Below are positions 28,254 through 40,194 of a stretch of DNA of 64,000 nucleotides, one piece after another; positions within the stretch are counted from its first letter, which is position 1; every line of letters begins with the position of its first letter. Where the stretch lies: contig NIVC01002020.1 of NCBI GenBank assembly GCA_002269645.1, positions 1 to 64,000 of the forward strand, in the 5' to 3' direction. The translations under genes and the position numbers were made by a program. The notes beneath the pieces are model-generated. The model made no database searches. It worked only from the letters and a program-made list of their open reading frames with translations, and was not told the origin of the DNA. The DNA comes from Macrostomum lignano (lineage: Eukaryota).

Positions 28254-29506
28254 TACTCAGTAGTCACAACTTGTTTCTGTCGAAAAAATAATTTAACAAA
28301 CGAAAGAGGAAAATCGCTGAATTCTCTACATTTGGAGTTTGTTTTCTTATAATGTCATAATGATATGTATTTGTATAATAATAATTTTGCCAGATGCTCA
28401 CTCAATTGTTGTTGTTTTGTTGTTTTCAATGTGTTTTGCAATTAAAGAAATACAAAAAATGTTTCAGTGGACAAAGACCAGTCCCATGATTCATGAATCT
28501 GCACACCTGGTACCTGCCTTATTCTATTTTAAAAGATAAATTGTCAGGCTTGCATTTATAATGAAGAATGATACAAAATGGATTACTAAGAAAAGAGGTC
28601 AGATGAGAAATAGGATCTGATCAGAACTGGAATCATTAAGAAAAAGAAAGGAGATTAGAAATTGATCCATTGATATTTAATTAGCCATTGATATGAGCTA
28701 ACCATTTTGAACTATCAAAATGGATCTAATTTGAAATAGACTTTTATGTCATATAGGATTTGATTCAAAATAAGATTTGACAATGTGAATGAGGCATATA
28801 AGAAAAGAGAAGTCTGCTGAGGAGTGTGACTAGAAAAGAAAGGGGGAATTTAGCATGATAATATATATCATATATCATGCCTATATATAGCCAATGTTAG
28901 CTTTATTAAAAGTGTCAAACCAAAGGTCGAAGGATGTAGCTCCAGTTGCTTTTGCAAAGTCCATTCACAATGAGATAGCTGCATTGAACTGACTCTTTAA
29001 GTCATTTATTATAATAAGAGGGGCCTCATTCAAGGGCAATAGTTGCAATGCTGAGCTACTTATTGTTCGGAACATTGCAGTCGCAGTTAGTACGATGAGC
29101 AGGGCTAAGAAATTCACTTACAAATGAAGAAAGTAAAAAATTTCTCGGGATGTGTATAAAACTGTAGTACACATGAGCAATACAAGCAACAAGAAAATCG
29201 GAATAAAGCAAGTCATTTCTCGGAAAGTCGCAATTTCTTGGACTATTATTTAATTTATTTTCAGTAACAACTAAAAAAGTGATCTCAACAGTTTTATAAA
29301 CTAAATAAATAAAATAATTTTTATCAAACACGTTGACATATACAGGGCTCTAAACTAAAAAACTGTAAAAAGTTGATAGTTTTGTTTTACCTAAAATGCG
29401 TTATTAACGATCTCCAAAAATTCCTATTTTAAGCTTAAGCTTAAGAAAGACACTTAAAGTACTCCTGCTAAAAGGTATATTATATTAGACGAATATTAAT
29501 TATTTC

Positions 29507-29538
29507 TGCTCCCCGAAGGGGGGCAAAACTTTAGCTAG
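29507..29538 (+). other. Alternative Helitron 3' termination signal of unit 2
   Basis: tgctcccc gaa ggggggca hairpin, then CTAG at 29535-29538 joined directly to the TC of unit 3. Confidence 0.85.
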
Positions 29539-30819
29539 TCCTATATACTAAAAATGAGTTGTCTGTATGTGGGTAGGTATGCGATAGATTTCAGAAAAAA
29601 TGGCTCAACCGATTTTCTTCAAACTTGCACCATTCGATCAGAAATTTTCCTGGGACGGTACATGCATCTTGGCTAAGAAATTGCTCAATTTTAAAGGGAT
29701 TAAATATTCGAAAAACATGCTTTTTTGCAAAGGTCAAGCAGCTCTTTCGACCTGAAATGCATTGTAAAAATGCTAGAGAAAAAACTGACTGACTGAATTC
29801 TGATTGTGATAAAGATTGCATAACAGCTGAATTGTACCTCCGCCTTGAATTGCGTCACAGTGTTGAAAACACTGTGTAGAAGCATATTACGAGACTTGAT
29901 TTAGACTGCGTAACCATACTGACCGATTGAAAAATTGATTATGTCATAACTGCTTCGTGCTCATCTTATAGTGTAATTTTTGTTAAACATAAAAGAAGCG
30001 TCATGAAAAACCTAAAAAATGCTAGCGTCGAGGCTTACTAATTCAGAACCACAAGTGTCATAAAAATCGTAAAAGAAGTGTCATTTTAAGCATGAAAAGT
30101 TCCTGTAAAGCATAGAAGAAGCGCGAATATTCGAATAACACACATGCCTTTCTGCAAGGGTCAAGCAGAACTTCCTACTGTGAGCCATTCTGATTGGAAT
30201 TAAACTTTGCAGCGCCCAGTAAAGTAGTATTTTTTGTCGCCAGGCTAGAGAACTATAAATGTACACTGCGAGAAAAGATTGTACATTATAAAATCTTCCC
30301 GTGCACAATTGACATACTAACTTTAAATGCTGGAGAGAGGGAGAGTGAGAGAGTGAAATACATGCACATATATACAGTATCTAATTGATTCACAATATAC
30401 GAACCATGTTTGAGACTGACCCTCCAAAATGTAATAAAACCGTCTGATTATAAAAAAGTCCAAAAGTGCCACAGAGATAGATGTACATTGGCTACTGAGG
30501 CTTGCGCCTCCTTCAGAAAATTTATCTGAATCCTTTCACATAGGAGAGTTAGAGTTAGGTGTTTGAGAGAGAGTATTGAATAATAAAAAGAGTCCTGACC
30601 AATTAGCAGGCGGGTATTGGAGAGAATTTAGGCTTGCTGTACACACTGACAGTCTAACAGTGTACAAATGGTGTCCAGCTTTTTGGGATTGGGTGGTTGC
30701 TGAGTTTAAAACGCGTGACATTATAGACTTCATACCTTTCTCTTTTCTCGCACACAACCCCTACTATCCTTTCTTTTCATTATAACTCAAAATTCTTATC
30801 TTTCAATTTGAATTCCAAT

Positions 30820-33800
30820 ATGGCTCGACGTGGCACCAGCGCATTGAAGAAGAGCAGAGATGCCAAGAAGAAGCGTCAGCAAGAGAGTGCCGTTGAGCGA
30901 GAGGAGCGGCTGGCTGGACTGCGGCAGCAGAAGAATGAGCGAACGGCCATGGAGACTGACGCGCAGCGAGAAGAGCGGTTGGCTGGACTGCGGCAGCAGA
31001 AGGCTGAGCGAACGGCCATGGAGACTGACGCGCAGCGAGAAGAGCGGCTGGCTGGACACCGGCAGCAGGAGGCTGAGCGAAGGGCAACTGAAACCGACGC
31101 TCAGCGAGAAGAGCGCCTGACGAGACTCCGGCAGGAAAATGCTGAGCGAAGGGCAACGGAAACAGACGCTCAGCGAGAAGAGCGTAGATCTGGAGACAGA
31201 ACTCGTGCGGAGAAGCGACGCGCTTCAGAAACCGAAGAGCAACGAAGAGCTCGAGTGGAAGCCGAGCAAATTCGCCGTCGAGGAGTGTCGGCTGGCAGGT
31301 AGGATGACATTTTAATTGGAGCTATATATTTTATAGCTATATAAAATCCAAGTGCCCTTTGTGCCTAATTCGGGGTATTTTCTATCTTAGCTGATGTTTT
31401 ATTGGTACTTGGGCATATAATTAAAAACTGGAATCTGTTTCGTGCATTTTTTCTCCTCTTTTCAAGTCGATTGCTTTCCAAGAGTTTTATTTAAGAGATC
31501 AGTATAGAATAGCATAAAATTTATTCGTCACTACTTTAATTACCGGCAAATGAAGTTGTGTATAATTTTTTTCCTATATTCCAGGTTTGATAGTAGTGAG
31601 TTGGCCACACCGTCTGTGGTACCTTTTGATGCGTTGCGCATAATTCGCATTCCTGGTGATGGGAACTGTTTTTTTTATGCAGTCTGTGATCAGTTGCAGG
31701 GCACTCCACTTGAGACCGATGCGGCATCTTTAAGACACGAGCTGACGAGCCGTGTAGTGCAGATTATGCCAGAATTGATTGAACAAGGCTTTGTTTTGCC
31801 AGAAAATGCTGATTTCATTGTTGATTCCTCTTTTTCTGAAGGCACATATGTGCCTGATGAAGTTGTTCCGCTTTTAAGCCGTTGTTTTAATGTTGATCTG
31901 GTGATTTATCAAGAAAACGGCACTGTACTGCAGTACTGTATGTCCCCTTTGCAGCCACCGATTGCAATCGTCCGAATTCTTTTGCGTCATGAGCATTATG
32001 AGTCATTGCGATTTGCTAATCCGATTCCAGTTTCTGAGCCCATTGTAGATGCAGAGGAGCCAAGATTAACTCAGCAGAGTGCATGTCATTTTGGCGCAAG
32101 ACCTGCTCAAGAGAGGTAGGTCATTGGTGTGACTGGTCATCATAATTTATTTGTCATCGAACTCAAGTTGTTTTATTCCAATAAATTTTTTTGTAAGCTG
32201 AAAGATTAACTGGGAAAACTGTTTGCCATTAATCCTTCCTAATCCTAATCCTTCTAATCACAGGCCAGAACGGATTATCAGGCCTGAAGCGCCAGCCCAT
32301 AACTGTGGCCCAATGGACAGAGCATGCGACCAATGCGGTGCATTACTTTGGTGCTCTGAGACGAGGAATTTCTGCTGCGCCAAAGGCAAGGTGAAGCTGC
32401 CCAGCCGCACCGTGCCTCAAGTGCTGGCAGATCTGTACCTGGGGCGGCACAGAATGAGTGCCGAGTTCCTGACCAACATTCGGAGTTACAACTCGGCGCT
32501 GCACCTGACATCGCTGGGTGCCAAACTGCGGTTGGTGCCAGGCTGGTGTCCCAGCTTCATCATCAGCGGCCAGTTGCATCACAACACGGCGCCGCTGTTT
32601 GCAGAAGATTCAGCTGAGCCCCATGGCTGGCAGGTGTATTTCAATGATCGCGAACTTGAAAGCCGCCAGAGTCTCAGCCAGAAGGTGAAGCCGGAGCTAC
32701 TGGAGCTATTGCAGACGCTGCTTCACGAGTGCAACGGCTATGTCCGCAGCCTGAGGGCAGTCGCTCATCGAATCAGTCAAGATCCGGAGTTGGGAGATGC
32801 GCGAATCGTAATTCACCCTGACCGTCGACCATCTGGGGAACACATTCGGTATGTCTGCAAGACATTCTAATAAGATATTTTGCGTAATAAATTATCCAAT
32901 TATCCAATTATCCAATTTGTACAAACTCAGTATCCCACAAACTCCGTTCAAAATAAGGCGCTACAACTTGCCTACGGCGAACGAGGTCGGTATCCTGATT
33001 GTGGAGGACAATGAGAACACACCGGCCAGTCGGGACGTGGTGATTCAACTGCGTGGAGGCGGTTCCCAGAGAATCAGCGAGACGCACCGCTCATATGACC
33101 CGCTGGAGTATGTGCTGCTGTTCCCGAATGGCGAAGATGGCTGGCACCCGGAGTTGCTGATGAGTAATGGCAAGAAATTAACGCCCATGAAATACTATGC
33201 GAGCGAAATCATGGTGCGAGCGGGCCAGTTCAGTGTACTGCACTATGGCCGAAGATTATTTCAGCAGTACTTGGTGGACATGTGTGCCAAGATTGAGGCA
33301 GAGAGGCTGCTGTATTTGCGGACCCATCAGCAGGACCTGCGCAGCGAGACATACAGCGGTCTGCGGGACGCTCTGTTTGCAGCTGATGGCAGGTCTACCG
33401 ACAGAGATCCGAGTGACATAGGCAAGCCCGCGCATGTGCTTCTGTCTTCGAGCTTCGTTGGCGGGCCAAGGTACCTGATGGAGAGGCTACAGGACGCTAT
33501 GACCTATGTTCACAAGTTCGGTAAGCCGGACCTGTTTGTCACCGCAACGTGCAATCCGAAATGGCCGGAGATCAGCGCTCAGCTGCTGCCTGGACAGCGG
33601 GCAGAAGACCGGCCGGACATTGTTAGCCGAGTCTTTGAAATGAAGAGGAAAGCTCTTCTGGCCCAGTTGACCAAGCGCTATGGGAAAGAGGCCGCTCACG
33701 TTTGCTCACTGGAGTACCAGAAGCGTGGTGAGTAAAAATTCTGACTTGCAAGAATCAAAGTTTTAAGATTTATTAAAATTTAGATTTACAAAGGTTTTGT

Positions 33801-36800
33801 GATATTTTTTAATACTTTTTTGACGCTCCAGGTCTTCCCATGTGCACTTTCTGCTGTGGCTCATGAGCGGTCAGCGAGTGACTCCGGACCGATACGATGA
33901 CATCGTGTCTGCCGAGATTCCGGACCCAGAGCAGCAGCCTGTGCTGTATGAGTTGGTGAAGACGCACATGATCCATGGCCCCTGCGGCAAGGAGAATCCG
34001 GCGTGTCCTTGCATGGAGAATGGCGAATGCAGCAAGGGCTTTCCGAAAGAGTTCCAGCAGGTGACGCTGACCAGCGATACTGGCTACCCACTGTACCGCA
34101 GACTATCGCCTGAGATGGGCGGATTTACAGTGGACAAACTGTTCAAAGGCCGGAGCATTCGCATGGACAACAGGGAAGTTCAAACGCTAATATATTGCTT
34201 AGTTGTGCATTGCAGCTTTTGTTTCTGAAAGTTAATGATATTATTTTTTCATTAAAACAGGTGGGTCGTTCCGTACAGCCCTGACCTGTTGCTCCAGTTT
34301 GCGTGCCACTTGAACGTCGAAGTTTGCGCCACTGTGAAGTCGGTCAAGTACGTGATCAAGTACCTGTTAAAGGGTGGCGACATGGCGACGTTCAAAGTCG
34401 ATGCCAATAGGAATTCTACTGAACCGAGAGAGCAGGCAGTGGGTGACCAGCAGCCGACGCAAACGACAGGAAATAAGCCGCGTGATGAGATTAAAGAGTA
34501 CCTGTCCGCGCGCTACATTGGTCCAATGGAAGCCGTGAATACCATCTTGGGCTTTGAAGTAATTCGCATTCTAATTATTATTGGCTCATTTTAACCAGAG
34601 CTGTGAAACCTCGTCATAGTATAAATTGAATTTCCATCGAAACTTAAAGGCTGTATATTTTCCTTCCACTTTCTGATCAGGTGCACAACAGGTTTCCGGC
34701 GGTCATCCGACTCTGCGTTCACAAGTCGGAAGAGCAGCTCGTGTATTTCAACGAGGGGACCGCAAGAGCAAAAGCGAGAACGCCGAAGGATTCGACGTTG
34801 ACGGCATTTTTCAAGCTGTGCCGTATTGACGAATTTGCTGGGTCCTTGCTCTACACGGAGGTGCCGTCCTACTTTGTGTGGCTCTCCAGCGAAAGAGAGT
34901 GGCGGCGGGCCAAGCAGGGTGTGCGAGTCGATGGCCATCCGGGTGTAGTGCGGAACAAAAACGTTGCACGCATGTATACGGTGAGTCCAAGAGCAGGTGA
35001 TCTATTTTACGTTCGAATGCTCCTTTTGAATGTTAGGGGACCGACTAGCTTCGAGGCGCTGCAGACCGTGGACGGCGTTGTGCATCCGAGCGCCAAGGCT
35101 GCTTGCATGGCCCTTGGCCTGCTGCAGCGAGATGATCACTGGCGGCGGTGTCTAGCTGAGGCCGTTCAGTCAAGAATGCCAAGAGCCCTGAGACATCTTC
35201 TGGCCGTAATTCTCATATGGGGTGAGCCTGAGGATGGCAGCGACCTCTGGTGCAGTTTTGCCGAGGATCTCAGCGAGGACCTGCGGTTCCACCACCGAGA
35301 CTTGAGCACCGAGGAGATTACTGACCTGGCGCTGCGTGAGCTTCAGAGCATGCTGATCTCCATGGGCGGGAGAAGCCTGCCAGAGTACGGCCTGCCTGCG
35401 GCCTCCGTGACACCTCAAGATGGACCAATGCAGTTTGATACGGTTGAGCAAGCACTGATTACTGAGGCGCGCTTACCAATGCTGACAGATGAGCAGAAAG
35501 CGGTGTACGAGTCCGTGACTCGGAATCTTGTGGACGGCACCAGCGGCTTGCACTTCCTGGACGCACCTGCTGGCACTGGCAAGACCTTCCTGCTAGAGGT
35601 TCTGCTAGCCTTCGTGCGCAGCCGGGGTGAAGTCGCCCTCGCCGTTGCGGCTTCTGGAATCGCAGCGACTCTTTTGCCAGGTGGACAGACGGCGCATTCA
35701 ACGTGAGTAATTTATTGTCAATATTTCAAAAAGCAGTTGTAAATATTTCGTGTGCTGTAAATATGTTAGGCATGGTGAAACTATTTTCTATGCCAGGTTC
35801 AAGATACCAATTCGGGCGATCCGTTCGAGCAAAGACGTGTGCGCTGTTGGAGCGCAGTCCAAACAGGCCGCTGTATTTCGGACAGTGCGTCTAATTGTCT
35901 GGGACGAGATTTCTATGACAAACCGGAAGGATTTGGAGGCCGTCGACCGGTGCTTGCGAGACGTGCGGAAGCAGGACGTGCCATTCGGCGGAGTGGTTTT
36001 CGTTTGCGCTGGGGACTTTCGCCAGCTGCTGCCCGTTGTGGTGCATGGGACTCGAGCCAACAGCGTCATGGCGTGTGTCAGCAGATCCCCACTGTGGAAA
36101 TTTTTCCGGCGGCATCGCCTTACAAGAAACATCCGATTGCTGAGCAGTTCCGATTCTGCAACGTATTTGAGATACACCGAGCTACTCAAGCAGGTAAGTT
36201 TGTTTTCATCAGTTTATTTATTGGAAGATTTAAGGATATTCGGTTTCTTTCGTGTTGAGAGCTCCATTTTAAAAATTGTGGCTTATTCAAGAATGCCTTG
36301 CTTAAAGTCTGTCTAGCGTTTTAAATATTTGACTTTTAACTCCCCCAGATCGGATCCGGAACAATTGACCAGGATGCAGAGGAGAAAGTGTCTCTTCCTG
36401 CTGAGATCATCATTTCTGCGGAGGCGCCGCTCAATGATCTGATAAATTTTGTGTACCCATCGTTTGAGGCGTCAGTGGAGAGGGACGGCTACTTTGCAAG
36501 CCGAGCGATCCTGGCGCCGTACAATGACTCAGTGGATGCCATCAACGAGACGTGCCTGGGCATGTTCCCCGGCAGCCTGCGGGAGTACCGCTCAATAGAC
36601 AGTGTGGCCGATGAGGATGCCGCTACGCACTTCCCGCCTGAGTTGCTCAACCAGCTGGATGCCCCGAACTTTCCGATTCACTTGCTGAGGCTAAAAGTGG
36701 GTATGCCAGTAGTTCTTCTCAGGAACATCAACCCGCCACGATTGTGCAATGGTACGCGGCTCATCATACTCGCAATGGGCGAGAACGTGCTTAGATGCAA

Positions 36801-37113
36801 GATTGCCGCCGGCCAGTTCACGGGAGACGAGATTCTTCTGCCGCGAATCCCGCTGATTCCTAGCAATGCGGACCTCCCCGTCAGTTTTAAGCGGCTGCAG
36901 TTCCCTGTGAAGCCGAGTTTCTGCCTGACGATTCACAAGTCGCAGGGACAGTCTCTGGACACAGTTGGCATTGACCTGTCAGTCGGTTGCTTCACGCATG
37001 GCCAGCTGTACACGGCGCTGTCACGAGCAAAGAACGCGGCAAATGTTCGCGTCCGGATTCCGGGAACAAGGACCAGAAACGTTGTGTTTCCAGAAGTTCT
37101 CACTGAAGACTAA
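30820..37113 (+). pseudogene. Second RepHel copy with a 1-bp deletion in the HUH motif; exons 30820-31298, 31585-32115, 32264-32848, 32958-33727, 33832-34173, 34261-34558, 34681-35702, 35797-36193, 36349-37113
   Basis: Exon 5 reads gtcttcccatgtgcac against gtcttcctcatgtgcac in unit 1, which breaks GLPHVH. Otherwise colinear with scattered substitutions. A sequencing error cannot be excluded. Confidence 0.8.
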
Positions 37114-38269
37114 TTTATTTATCGTAAAAAATGAGGGGTGAGCAATAATTTTCCTTATGCAAAAGGCTAGAAAGTATATTCATTTATTTTTAAGGAAAAA
37201 TAGAATAATTATTTCCCCATATCTCTTAAGTAATAGCTCTCATTCTCTAAAGCAATAGCTGTCAATAGCTCTCATTCCTAAAAGAATCGCAGGAAACTTA
37301 TTGCCCCAACCTCATTTCTAACGAAGCGTAGATATTGCATGGCAGTGAGTACGAGCTAATAGCTGATGAACTTTATGTTGAAGCTCAATTAGGCTTATTT
37401 TATTCATTGTATTAATTTTTACAGTCAATTTGCACTTTACAGTTAATTTGTATTTTAAGGCAATTTCATATTAGCCGAAAGTAACTTTTGAAACAAACCT
37501 TCTTTTGCACTGCTTTTAATGAATTCAATCTTTGATGAGCAGTTAATTTTGTCTTTTATTTTTCACCTGAAATTTCATTATAATTCGTGTAAAAACTTTA
37601 CTTATTTTATATCGCAAATTTATGCAAAAGACGAAACAATTTTGTTTTTAGTTTTCCAAGGTTCGCAAAAACTTAACATTAGAGTGAATTTTAGTATATG
37701 GATTTTTACGCAAACTACGAGTGACAGTCCTTTTTTCAAAAATCAAAAATATCTCGATCAAGTCACCTGTGACAACTGTGGACTGTAAGCTCATAAAAAA
37801 CGATTTGCATCAACTTGCGACGGGGCCTTCGTCTTCCATATATTGAAAGTTGAATAATATACGAAACTCGCAAGATGTCAATTTTAACTAAGGCGAAGGC
37901 CCTGAATGAAGCTTTTGTCTTACTTCATTTCTTAATCTTTGGCGAAACAAATATGAATAGTCTGTGGCAAAGCGCAAAGGCTAAGGAAATAGAGCCGAAC
38001 TGATTGTTCTGACTATGGATTTGAGGGCAGGAATGAGCGAATCCGAGGGCTGCGACTATAGACTAACGTAGAGTATTAAAGGAACTCATCTGGTCACATG
38101 CAGCCATTGCACACGCTATGTATACGTGACATATCGGTTGTACTTTTAATGCCATGTTCATAAGTTTTAACTTTGTACTTTTCAAGTTTATTCGCGAAAA
38201 AATACAAAAAATTCTTGCGTTACAAACGTCAAAAACGTTTAACAAAACGTTTAACAAACGTTAAAAATT

Positions 38270-39460
38270 AAAGAGCCACCATGTCTAACATTAAAGAGCC
38301 ACCATGTCAAACATTAAAGAGCCACCATGCCAAACATTAAAGAGCCACCATGTCAAACATAATAGGACCAACATGTCAAACATTAAAGAGCCACAATGTC
38401 AAGCATAAAAGGACCACCATATCGAACATTAAAGAGCCACCATGTCGAAGATTATAGAGCCACCATGTCGAACATTAAAGAGCCACCATTTCAAACATTA
38501 AAGAGCCATCATTACATTGAGGTGCCACCAGGTCAAACATTAAAGAGCCACCATGTCAATCATAAAAGAGCCACCATGTCCAACATATATGTGACTCCAT
38601 GTCAAACATTAAATAGCCACCATGTCAAAAATTAAAGAGCCACCATGTCTAACATTAAAGAGCCACCATGTCGAACATTAAAGAGCCACCATGCCAAACA
38701 TTAAAAAAGAGCCACCATGTCAAAAATAAAAAAGCCACCATGTAGAACATTAAAGAGCCATTATGTCAAACATAAAAGAGCCACCATGTCAAACATTAAA
38801 GAGCCACCATGTCAAACATAAAAGGACCAACATGTCAAACATTTAAGAGCCACCATGTGAAGCATAAAAGGACCACCATGTCGAGCATTAAAGAGCCACC
38901 ATGTCGAAGATTATAGAGCCACCATGTCGAACATTAAAGAGCCACCATTTCAAACATTAAAGAGCCATCATTACATTGAGGTGCCACCAGGTCAAACATT
39001 AAAGAGCCACCATGTCAATCATAAAAGAGCCACCATGTCCAACATATATGTGACTCCATGTCAAACATTAAATAGCCACCATGTCAAAAATTAAAGAGCC
39101 ACCATGTCTAACATTAAAGAGCCACCATGTCGAACATTAAAGAGCCACCATGTCAAACATTAAAGAGCCACCATGTCGAACATTAAAGAGCCATCATGTC
39201 AAACACTAAAGAGCCACTATGTCAAACATAAAAGAGCCACCATGTCAAACATAAAAGATACACAATTTCAAACGTAAAAGTAAGCGTCATGCCAATTTTA
39301 AAGGAGCCACTATAGAGCTATGGAAATTGTGGCACTAGCTACTTATTGTCTGGTGGATGCTTACTATTTGGGGATGCTTGCTATCTGGGGGATGCTTGCT
39401 ATCTGGGGGATGCTTGCTATTTGGGGGATGCTTGCTATCTGGGGGATGCTTGCTGTCTTG
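38270..39460. repeat. Unit 3 3' subterminal 23-bp and 18-bp arrays
   Basis: Directly visible. Confidence 0.93.
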
Positions 39461-40071
39461 GGATGATTTCTTTTTGCATTACACTTTATTTGAGCAGTTT
39501 GTCTGTTGTCTTTGTGAAGGCTTTATTTGGCTGTCTTTTTGTTACTTGTAGAGAACAGAGATTCTATCCAGATGTCCCCCAACGGGGGGCGAAGATTGCT
39601 AGTCCTATATACTAAAAATGAGTTGTCTGTGGGTATGCGATAGATTTCAGAAAAAATGGCTCAACCGATTTTCTTCAAACTTGCACCATTCGATCAGAAA
39701 TTTTCCTGGGACGGTACATGCATCTTGGCTAAGAAATTGCTCAATGTTAAAGGGATTAAATATTCGAAAAACATGCTTTTTTGCAAAGGTCAAGCAGCTC
39801 TTTCGACCTGAAATGCGTTGTAAGAATGCTAGAGAAAAAACTGACTGACTGAATTCCAATTGTGATAAGGATTGCATCACAACCAGTTGAAAACAGTGCC
39901 GAAGAAATGCACACAAAACTTGATTTAAATTGCGTAACCATATTGCTAACTTAAATTGACACTGATAATAGCTGACTGGGAAATTGATTATGTCATAACT
40001 TTTAACTCTAACCGATTTGCAATAAGAATTTAATTATAAGGGCCACAATTCATGATCTCCAATTGAAAAGA

Positions 40072-40136
40072 GATAGCATAGATGCGAAAAGACTGGACTG
40101 CTAATGCAGCGACCTGGGTTCGAATCTTAGTAGTGC
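40072..40136 (+). other. tRNA-like (Pol III box A/B) remnant inside unit 4
   Basis: gatagcatagatgcg..ctggactgctaatgcag..ggttcgaatc; the loop resembles a GCT anticodon arm. Confidence 0.5.
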
Positions 40137-40194
40137 AAAAAGATTTTTTTATTCAAAAACCTTAAAAACACAAAATGCTAAACACAAAAAAGCA

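Larger units (their letters stand above)
23906..29538 (+). mobile_element. Helitron unit 2, non-autonomous companion carrying an RPA70-like gene (5,633 bp)
   Basis: Shares the TCCTATATACTAAAAATG 5' end and about 460 bp of 5' core with the other units. No Rep or helicase; own 3' hairpin and CTAG. Confidence 0.85.
29539..39602 (+). mobile_element. Helitron unit 3, autonomous type (10,064 bp), frameshifted
   Basis: 5' TC, near-identical RepHel gene, subterminal arrays, hairpin and CTAG at 39599-39602. Confidence 0.92.
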
